A stretch of DNA of 64,000 nt from NCBI GenBank assembly GCA_905478185.1, contig CAJQHO010000001.1, forward strand, positions 17,924 to 81,923, written 5' to 3'. Every line of letters starts with the position of its first letter. Position 1 is the first letter of the stretch. The translations under genes were made by a program, and so were the position numbers. This DNA comes from an uncultured Flavobacteriales bacterium (GTDB lineage Bacteria > Bacteroidota > Bacteroidia > Flavobacteriales > BACL11). A model generated the notes under the pieces. The model was not told the DNA's origin. It was given only the letters and a program-made list of their open reading frames with translations, and ran no database searches. Of this stretch, positions 57,104 to 64,000 are shown piece by piece.

Positions 57104-57978
57104 TACATTTTTCTATCTATAACCTCTTCAATAGCAATAATATCCTCTTTAAAGTAATTATTATACATCATTTTTCTTTGAATAATAGATAACTTTTCAG
57201 GTGTAAAAGTACTAATATTTGCTCTCTGTATTCTATTTTTAATAATCTGTCTTATTTTTAAAGAAGGAATCATTTTCTTTAAAAGAATCCTCCACCACCC
57301 TCTCTTTTTCATTATCCTTTTTAAAGTTTTTGATTTTTCTTGACTTGCAGGATTACTTTTAATATCTATTTTCAGATCAAAATTCTCAATTTCAAGAAAA
57401 TTTAAAATTTTAATCATTGTTTCTTCTCTATGTTTTATAAATTCATCCTCAAAATGGATGATTAAAAAATTATCTAATGAAAAATATTCTAAATATCTTT
57501 CTAACATATCAAAGTATAATCCTTGACTTACATATGATTGCCTTAAATAAGATAGATAATCACCATTTTCTTCATATTTCTTCAGCCTTGAACTTTCATT
57601 CATTAGAGCTTCTTTGAACTCTAAATCTTCATGATCATCTCTTTTGGAATGCAAATAATGGGAATAAGCTCTATCTACAGGATTTCTAAGAATTACAACA
57701 AATTTTACTTTATTGCCTAAGCTTTCAAAAATTCTTTTTGGAGCTTCTTTATCAAAGAAATAAGAAGGTGTAAAGTCAGCTACTATTTTTTGATTTGCAT
57801 TCTTAAAATAATTCTTTCCATACCAGTTAATTCCATTTTTATAATTTTCTGGGATATCAAAAAAGTGAGGTTCCTTAAAAGAAGGAATATATACATCAGG
57901 ATGTTGACGCAAGATATCGTAAAGAGTAGTTGTACCACTCTTTGCAGCTCCTAAACACATAAAATTTGGCAAACTCAT
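57091..57978 (-). CDS. PAPS-dependent sulfotransferase (ST3)
   Basis: 295 aa. GAAKSGTTTL 5'-PSB loop and ILRNPVDRAYSHY 3'-PB motif. No signal peptide. Confidence 0.85.
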   Translation of the reverse strand: MSLPNFMCLGAAKSGTTTLYDILRQHPDVYIPSFKEPHFFDIPENYKNGINWYGKNYFKNANQKIVADFTPSYFFDKEAPKRIFESLGNKVKFVVILRNPVDRAYSHYLHSKRDDHEDLEFKEALMNESSRLKKYEENGDYLSYLRQSYVSQGLYFDMLERYLEYFSLDNFLIIHFEDEFIKHREETMIKILNFLEIENFDLKIDIKSNPASQEKSKTLKRIMKKRGWWRILLKKMIPSLKIRQIIKNRIQRANISTFTPEKLSIIQRKMMYNNYFKEDIIAIEEVIDRKMYWDL

Positions 57979-58880
57979 TCTACCCAGAAGTTTAGATTTC
58001 TATTTAATAAGTCTGAGAGTTTCTTTACATCAATTTTGTAAAACTCCTTCAACATTATTCTATCTTTTTCAGTAATTTGTTTTACTTCTACAGAGTTTTT
58101 TTTCTGAATTCTTTTTCTTATAGATTTTCTTAATCCTTTAAATGGAATTAACATTTTTATTGCAGATTTTAGAGGATTCCTATTCATCATAAGTCTTTTC
58201 ATCTTTTCATTCTCCCATTGCCATCCTCCTACCATATGTCTTTTGTCAGATTCTATTTCAATATTTTCAACCTCTAAGAAATCAAATGCTTTATTCATCT
58301 CTGATTTGAAATCAGATTTATAATCATCATAAATAATTATATGCAGATTATCTTTAAATTCATTTAAATACGATTTTACCTGATTATAGTACAATCCTAA
58401 TTCTTGATATCTTGAAGCGGGCGTCATATCATTCTGATTAAAGTATCGTTCTTCTGACAATTTCCAAGCTTCTGTAAAATCTTGAATTTTCTCTTTTACA
58501 TTATATCTTTTTACATGATGGAAACCAGAATACGCTCTTTCTACAGGATTTCTTAACATGATAATTATCTTAGTGTTTTCTAAGTAATTGTTTTTAATCT
58601 TAGGAATTACAATTTCAGGATACATCAAATACATGACGGAAGATTCTCCTCTATATTTTTTATCTCCCCCTTCAAAAAATAAATTTTCATATTCTGATTT
58701 TTCAGTAACACCAACAGGAATTCTATCAACTCCTATTTCCTTATTTATTAGATAATGGGGTTCTTTCGGATTGCACATAAAAATATCAGGATGCTGATTT
58801 AGATAATTGTGAAGTGAAGTTGTTCCACTTTTTGCAGCTCCTACTATAAACAGATTTGGTTTCCCCATTATTTTGTCCAA
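57975..58880 (-). CDS. PAPS-dependent sulfotransferase (ST4)
   Basis: 301 aa. GAAKSGTTSL and MLRNPVERAYSGF motifs. Paralog of ST3, ST5 and ST1. Confidence 0.85.
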   Translation of the reverse strand: MDKIMGKPNLFIVGAAKSGTTSLHNYLNQHPDIFMCNPKEPHYLINKEIGVDRIPVGVTEKSEYENLFFEGGDKKYRGESSVMYLMYPEIVIPKIKNNYLENTKIIIMLRNPVERAYSGFHHVKRYNVKEKIQDFTEAWKLSEERYFNQNDMTPASRYQELGLYYNQVKSYLNEFKDNLHIIIYDDYKSDFKSEMNKAFDFLEVENIEIESDKRHMVGGWQWENEKMKRLMMNRNPLKSAIKMLIPFKGLRKSIRKRIQKKNSVEVKQITEKDRIMLKEFYKIDVKKLSDLLNRNLNFWVE

Positions 58881-59776
58881 TTCGTTAAATCTCTATTTAA
58901 TAAAGTTGATAATTGCTTTACATCCTCTCTAAAAAAATTATTTAACATGATTCTTGTATGACCCTTCATTGGGGTTACTTTATTTGTAGATGGTGTTACA
59001 AGATTATTTCTTATTCCTCTTCTTAACCCTTTTGGGATGATTCTTCTAAATATAGATTTAATTGGGTTTTCTTTCATAAAAAGGTATTTCACCTTATCAT
59101 TTTTCCATCTTTTCCCTCCAACATTATGTCTTGTTACATAATCGATATCTGCATTGTCTGAAATTCCCAAAAACTGATATGTTTTTTTCATTTCATTTTC
59201 AGTATCATCCCTAAAATCATCATAGATGATAACGTGAACATTTGAAAAATTTTCTTGAAACGACTTCACCATATCATGATACAATCCCATGTCTTTATAC
59301 ATAACCATAGGAGTTAAATTTCCATCTCTTTCAAGTCTACCATCTTCCATTTCTAATGATTTTTCAAATGAATTTTGTTCTTTAAATCCTCTAGAAACAT
59401 GTTGAAATGCAGAGTACGCTCTGTCAGCAGGATTTCTTAACATGATAATTATCTTTACATCATTGCCTAATTTCTCCTTTATATTTTTGATCGCATCTTT
59501 ATAATAATAAAGATATAACACAGTAGACTCACCAACTGCCTTTTCATCTGTTACATCACCAAAAAGACTCTTATATTCCTCCCAAGTCCATACTCCATTA
59601 TGCAACCTATGTTTTACCAAATCTTTAATTAAAAATCTAGGCTCTTTAACTTTCATTCCTTCAGAATTATATGACGGCATAAACACTTCTGGGTGCTGAT
59701 TTAAATAATTATGCAAAGAAGATGTTCCGCTTTTTGCAGCTCCTACAATCAGAAAATTTGGTAATTTATTTTTCAT
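58868..59776 (-). CDS. PAPS-dependent sulfotransferase (ST5)
   Basis: 302 aa. GAAKSGTSSL and MLRNPADRAYSAF motifs. Paralog of ST3, ST4 and ST1. Confidence 0.85.
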   Translation of the reverse strand: MKNKLPNFLIVGAAKSGTSSLHNYLNQHPEVFMPSYNSEGMKVKEPRFLIKDLVKHRLHNGVWTWEEYKSLFGDVTDEKAVGESTVLYLYYYKDAIKNIKEKLGNDVKIIIMLRNPADRAYSAFQHVSRGFKEQNSFEKSLEMEDGRLERDGNLTPMVMYKDMGLYHDMVKSFQENFSNVHVIIYDDFRDDTENEMKKTYQFLGISDNADIDYVTRHNVGGKRWKNDKVKYLFMKENPIKSIFRRIIPKGLRRGIRNNLVTPSTNKVTPMKGHTRIMLNNFFREDVKQLSTLLNRDLTNWTK

Positions 59777-61128
59777 CTTTTAATAAATGGGATATAAAAT
59801 GTATAAAATCCAAACTTCTTTTTAACGACAAAAACCATACTTACGTTCCAAATAATTAAGCTTGACATAGACGCAAAAGCAGCTCCATTAATTCCAACAA
59901 TATTAAATACAGCTAAAGGGCTTGTATCTGGTATAAGAATTAAATTTAGAGTGACATTTAGTATTGCTCCAACAAACAATATCTTAGCATAAATATTCTG
60001 ATTTCCTGTCATTTGTAAAATATTTCCAACAGAGCCTGAAAAGGAACTTATTAATCTTCCGCAAGATAAGAATATAAATGCAGTTACCCCAATTTTAAAT
60101 TCCTCCCCGAACAATCCTAATAAGAATTCAGGAAAAATAAAGAAAATTACAACAAGCGGTACAGAGGTCCAAAAAATTATTTTAGTGGATTGATGTACTA
60201 CTTTTTTCAGGCCTTCCATATCATTCTTACCAAACATTTCGGCAAATTTTGGGGAAGCAATACTGTTTATTGACATCAGTGAAACAGCCGCAAACATTGA
60301 AAGTTTAAAGGCAGTGTGATAAATCCCTACATCTTCTGAAGTTGTCATATTACCCAACATAAGTTTATCAGTCCAAGCTATAATAAACTGCACTGATTGC
60401 GCAAACATTAATGGAATAGAGATTTTCAATATTTCGGAATAACTTCTGACTTCTTTGTCAGCACTTTGCCTACCTTCTGATTTGTTTTTAATCCAATATC
60501 TATAAGATAAAAAGGATAAAAAGGCAACTATAGAAACACTAACTAAATAAGCATATACTGGAACCTCCGCATCTGTGGTAAATTGGTAAATTATTACAAT
60601 GGCAATTACAGAAAAAAGCGATTGCGACATTCTGTAAAAAAAGGAGAATTCCGCTATTCTTTTCAATCCTCTTAAACTCTGATAATGCAACATGAAAAAT
60701 GCCATTGGCATTACAAAAAATGCATTCAACTGAATATATCTTACATTTGTATTTATTAAATCTGCAATTGGCTCTGATAAAAAATACATCATTAAAGAAG
60801 CTACAATTGATGTAAAAGACAAAATAGGAACAACTTGTTTTCTGAAATAGAATATACTTGTCCATTTTTCTTGTAAAGCAAAAGAAGCTATAAAACGAAT
60901 GGAGGTTGTATCTAATCCTAATTTTGCAAGAAGAGTAAATAATCTTAAAACAGTAATAGCTAAAACATAATCTCCTAGCCCTCTAGCTCCAAATAAATTA
61001 GCGATTACTAGTGTAAGAAGATAACCTACTGCTAACCCTCCAAACCTTAAGAAAATTGACACTCCTCCTCCTTTTACTAATTCTGAGAAGTTTTTATCTT
61101 TTAATGCTTTTTTTATCTTAGTTTTCAT
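59773..61128 (-). CDS. Wzx-type flippase (MOP superfamily polysaccharide biosynthesis protein)
   Basis: 451 aa with about 12-14 TM segments. The N-terminal region (LVKGGGVSIFLRFGGLAVGYLLTLVIANLFG) is typical of Polysacc_synt/Wzx proteins. Confidence 0.8.
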   Translation of the reverse strand: MKTKIKKALKDKNFSELVKGGGVSIFLRFGGLAVGYLLTLVIANLFGARGLGDYVLAITVLRLFTLLAKLGLDTTSIRFIASFALQEKWTSIFYFRKQVVPILSFTSIVASLMMYFLSEPIADLINTNVRYIQLNAFFVMPMAFFMLHYQSLRGLKRIAEFSFFYRMSQSLFSVIAIVIIYQFTTDAEVPVYAYLVSVSIVAFLSFLSYRYWIKNKSEGRQSADKEVRSYSEILKISIPLMFAQSVQFIIAWTDKLMLGNMTTSEDVGIYHTAFKLSMFAAVSLMSINSIASPKFAEMFGKNDMEGLKKVVHQSTKIIFWTSVPLVVIFFIFPEFLLGLFGEEFKIGVTAFIFLSCGRLISSFSGSVGNILQMTGNQNIYAKILFVGAILNVTLNLILIPDTSPLAVFNIVGINGAAFASMSSLIIWNVSMVFVVKKKFGFYTFYIPFIKR

Positions 61129-61924
61129 TGGTTAACTTTACCAAAAACCAAGGGTTTAAAAGGTTTTCTTTATTGTATTCTACTGATTTTTCTGTATTAT
61201 ATTGCAAAACTTGAAACCCTGCCATTCTACAAATTGCATCTCCCGCACCCGTATCCCACTCCATTGTAGGTGCATATCTTGGGTATGCATCTGCTTTTCC
61301 TTCAGCAACCATACATAATTTAAGAGAAGATCCAACTGCCATAACTTCAACATTACCGTGTTCTTTTTTCTTTTCATCAAAAAACTCTTCTGTTTCTTCT
61401 GACATATGAGAGCGAGAACCAACAATAACATAATTCTCTCGCTTATAATCAATCGGAAGCTTATTAGACCTTTCAATTAAATCATCTAAATCAGAAATAA
61501 CAGCATCTCTACTAATTTTATAAGACCCAAGACCTTCCATTGCAAAATAAAGTTCTTCTTTAACAGGGACATAAATCACACCCATAATTGGATTTCCATT
61601 ATGGATCAAAGCAATATTCACAGTGAACTCCCCATTTCTTTTTACAAATTCTTTTGTGCCATCTAAAGGATCAACCAACCAAGAGTACTCCCATTTTTTT
61701 CTTTCTTCAAAAGAAATCTGAGCTCCTTCTTCACTTAATATAGGGATTTCAGTTTTAAGAAGAAAACTTTCTATTACATCATTACAATTTTTATCTGCAA
61801 GAGTTAAAGGAGATTTATCATCCTTATGTTCAACTGCAAAATCAGACGCATATACATCCATGATTGCATGCCCCCCCTCAATGGAAGCATTAATTGCTTT
61901 TACTAATAATTCTTTAAAATTCAT
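61118..61924 (-). CDS. cysQ: 3'(2'),5'-bisphosphate nucleotidase CysQ (PAP phosphatase)
   Basis: 268 aa. Inositol-monophosphatase-fold motifs ILSEEG, WLVDPLDGTKEF and WDTGAGDAI. 11-nt overlap with the flippase gene. Confidence 0.85.
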   Translation of the reverse strand: MNFKELLVKAINASIEGGHAIMDVYASDFAVEHKDDKSPLTLADKNCNDVIESFLLKTEIPILSEEGAQISFEERKKWEYSWLVDPLDGTKEFVKRNGEFTVNIALIHNGNPIMGVIYVPVKEELYFAMEGLGSYKISRDAVISDLDDLIERSNKLPIDYKRENYVIVGSRSHMSEETEEFFDEKKKEHGNVEVMAVGSSLKLCMVAEGKADAYPRYAPTMEWDTGAGDAICRMAGFQVLQYNTEKSVEYNKENLLNPWFLVKLTNEN

Positions 61925-61933
61925 TTTATTTTT

Positions 61934-62794
61934 CTATACTTCAGTAGGGTGCCAAATAGTTTTTATTTCTTGAGATCTTTCAATAAAATAAGGTGATTGA
62001 TTCTTTTGATCTCCCCAATTTTTTCGTTTATATATTTTTACTCTTTTTAAATTTTCTACTGATAGTTTCTCAATCTCATTCAATTCTTTATTATTATGTC
62101 CACAATAAATAATTGCATTTACATCCTTGTGTGATGCAAAATGACTTATCAGTTCTTTTCTTTTTCCTGTTAAAATATTTACAACTCCATGAGGAACATC
62201 TGAAGTATTTAATACCTCAGCAAATGAAATGCTCACCATTGGATTTTCTTCAGAGGATAAAACAATACAAGTATTCCCTCCAACAATGACTGGAGCAACT
62301 ACAGAAACCAATCCTAATAATGAAAATTTATTTGGAGCAATTACTGAAACAACTCCCATTGCTTGTGGAACGGAAAAATTGAAATGACTTGACGCAACAG
62401 GATTAACCGAACTGAAAATCTGCTGAAATTTATCACTCCAACCTGCATAATAGATTAAACGATCAATACTTTGTTCGACTTCTTTTTTTGCTGCAATTTT
62501 TGATGAACCACTCATCATTAACTCATCCATAAATTGTGATTTTCTACCTTCTAACATTTCTGCAATTCTGTACAAAACCTGACCTTTGTTTAGGGCGGAT
62601 GCGCTTTCCCAAGATTTTTGAACTTTTCTGGCAGCAACTACCGCATTTCTAAAATCCTTCCTGGAAGAAAGGCACATATTTGCTAATAATTCTCCAGTAT
62701 CATTTTTTACATGGAAATATCTTCCTGATTCTGTTCTCGGGAATTTTCCTCCAATAAAAATCTTATATGTTTTTAAAACGTCTATTCTTTCCAT
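61934..62794 (-). CDS. ALDH-like protein lacking the catalytic domain
   Basis: 286 aa. It aligns by eye to the ALDH N-terminal/NAD-binding part (YKIFIGGKF, YYAGWSDK, GVVSVIAPNKFSL, VNILTG) and to the ALDH C-terminal tail (EIKTIWHP). The ELGGK/catalytic-Cys segment is absent. ATGA-type overlap with the upstream ALDH gene. Confidence 0.6.
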   Translation of the reverse strand: MERIDVLKTYKIFIGGKFPRTESGRYFHVKNDTGELLANMCLSSRKDFRNAVVAARKVQKSWESASALNKGQVLYRIAEMLEGRKSQFMDELMMSGSSKIAAKKEVEQSIDRLIYYAGWSDKFQQIFSSVNPVASSHFNFSVPQAMGVVSVIAPNKFSLLGLVSVVAPVIVGGNTCIVLSSEENPMVSISFAEVLNTSDVPHGVVNILTGKRKELISHFASHKDVNAIIYCGHNNKELNEIEKLSVENLKRVKIYKRKNWGDQKNQSPYFIERSQEIKTIWHPTEV

Positions 62795-64000
62795 TATTCA
62801 AATTTTAAATATGCTTTCAATCCATGCAGCCCGCCTTCTCTACCAAAACCACTTTCTTTAAAACCTCCAAAAGGAGAAGTGGGATCAAATTTATTATATG
62901 TATTTGCCCAAACAACACCCGCATTTAATTCTTGTGTAAGTTTGAAAATTTTAGAACCTTTTTCAGTCCAAACACCAGCCGACAAACCGAAAGGAGTATT
63001 GTTCGCTTTCTCAATAACCTCATCAATTGTACGGAAAGTTTGAATTGCCAAAACTGGACCAAAAATTTCTTCCTGAACAATAGTATGTGATTGTGAAACA
63101 TTCAGAAATAAAGTTGGTGGGCACCAATTTCCTTTTTTAGAAATACTACATTTGGACTGGTAAATTTCACCTCCTTCTTCCTGGCCAATTTTTATGTACT
63201 TATTTATTGTAGCTAATTGTTCTTTGGAATTTATCGCTCCAATATCAGTATTTTTATCTAGAGGATTGCCAACAATTAATGAAGACATTCTATCTTTCAA
63301 TTTCTCAATAACTATATTAGCAACACTTTCTTGCACAAAAAGTCGAGAACCTGCACAACAAACATGACCTTGATTAAAAAATATTGCATTAACAATTCCT
63401 TCAACCGCTTGATCAATAGCAGCATCTTCAAAAATAATATTAGCTCCTTTACCTCCAAGTTCTAAAGTAGATTTCTTTTTAGTTCCGGAAATACTCTTCT
63501 GAATTAACTTACCTACATTTGTAGATCCGGTAAATGCAATCTTATCAATATCCGGATGATTTACTATCTCAGCGCCTGTATTTCCAGCACCAGTTACAAT
63601 GTTTACAACCCCTTTGGGAAGTCCACTTTCTTGAATAATTTCAGCAAGCTTAAGGGCCGTTAAAGAAGTTGTTTCAGCAGGTTTTAAAACAACTGTATTC
63701 CCACAAGCAATAGCTGGAGCTATTTTCCAAGCAGCCATTAGTAGTGGAAAATTCCAAGGGATTATTTGTCCAGCTACTCCTAATGGTTTAGGGGTTTTAT
63801 TAGGAAAAGCATACTCTAATTTATCTGCCCAGCCCGCATAATAAAAGAAATGATTTGCCGCCAAAGGAATGTCAACATCTCTAGATTCTCTTATAGGTTT
63901 TCCTCCATCCATACTTTCAATCACTGCAAATTCCTTTGCTCTTTCTTGTATCATTCTTGCAATTCTAAAAATGTATTTTCCTCTTTCTTTTGCCTTAAGT
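62794..64000 (-). CDS. Aldehyde dehydrogenase (N-terminus runs off the window end)
   Basis: Full ALDH catalytic set: WNFPLLM, FTGSTNVGK, ELGGKGANI and catalytic Cys in GHVCCAGSR, EEIFGPV. The frame stays open upstream of the track ATG (…LKAKERGKYIFRIARMIQERAKE), so the true start is beyond 64000. Confidence 0.9.
   Translation of the reverse strand, partial: LKAKERGKYIFRIARMIQERAKEFAVIESMDGGKPIRESRDVDIPLAANHFFYYAGWADKLEYAFPNKTPKPLGVAGQIIPWNFPLLMAAWKIAPAIACGNTVVLKPAETTSLTALKLAEIIQESGLPKGVVNIVTGAGNTGAEIVNHPDIDKIAFTGSTNVGKLIQKSISGTKKKSTLELGGKGANIIFEDAAIDQAVEGIVNAIFFNQGHVCCAGSRLFVQESVANIVIEKLKDRMSSLIVGNPLDKNTDIGAINSKEQLATINKYIKIGQEEGGEIYQSKCSISKKGNWCPPTLFLNVSQSHTIVQEEIFGPVLAIQTFRTIDEVIEKANNTPFGLSAGVWTEKGSKIFKLTQELNAGVVWANTYNKFDPTSPFGGFKESGFGREGGLHGLKAYLKFE

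Noticed and set aside
60539-61476. Alternative-frame minus-strand ORFs (108 and 98 aa) overlapping the Wzx and CysQ genes
   Set aside because: They are same-strand, out-of-frame ORFs lying inside the wzx and cysQ genes, which have clear family features. The translations are Cys/Phe/Leu-rich noise.
1-64000. Defense systems, prophage or other mobile elements (RM, CRISPR-Cas, toxin-antitoxin, retrons, transposases, integrases)
   Set aside because: I read all track ORFs and intergenic spacers and recognised no nuclease/methylase pairs, reverse transcriptase, Cas proteins, recombinases, terminal inverted repeats or repeat-spacer arrays. The only accessory-looking content is the glycan locus and the T9SS cargo pair.

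Overview
This is an AT-rich bacterial chromosomal segment that looks Bacteroidota (Flavobacteriia-like). The supporting signs are two proteins with type IX secretion (T9SS) C-terminal sorting domains, TAnnTTTG-type -7 promoter boxes, and the gene content and order. All family calls come from reading motifs by eye; no database search was possible. About 1-38 kb and 42.5-48 kb are densely packed housekeeping genes: lptB (partial), tatC, kpsF, recQ, feoAB, an mlaEF-like pair, rsmA, mgtE, aspartate kinase, a PPi-dependent PFK, mfd, purH, mreBCD-mrdA-rodA, a ppiD-like gene, lptC, coaX, gcvP, a DEAD-box helicase and tsaB. There is one RNA gene, tRNA-Phe(GAA). I found no CRISPR array, integrase, transposase or recognisable defense system. 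Two regions look accessory. (1) 38.5-42.4 kb, next to tRNA-Phe, holds two tandem diverged paralogs of a secreted T9SS cargo protein, with a terminator hairpin between them and a promoter-like box upstream of the first. (2) 48.35 kb to the window end is a roughly 15.6 kb minus-strand gene string with no gap over 30 nt. It encodes a Wzx/Wzy-type glycan pathway with five PAPS-type sulfotransferases, the PAP phosphatase CysQ, GT2 and GT4 glycosyltransferases, an SDR epimerase/dehydratase with a Cys/His insertion, a secreted glycoside-hydrolase-like TIM barrel, and the heptose genes gmhA/gmhB. An aldehyde dehydrogenase plus a catalytic-domain-less ALDH-like protein lie at its head. This candidate multi-sulfated surface polysaccharide system is the most interesting content. 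Smaller oddities: a perfect 4 x 12-bp in-frame repeat at the gmhA start, coaX lacking a canonical start codon, a 39-aa Cys-rich lipoprotein ORF ahead of feoAB, G8 and T11 homopolymer tracts inside coding regions, and a 599-aa protein I cannot place in a family.
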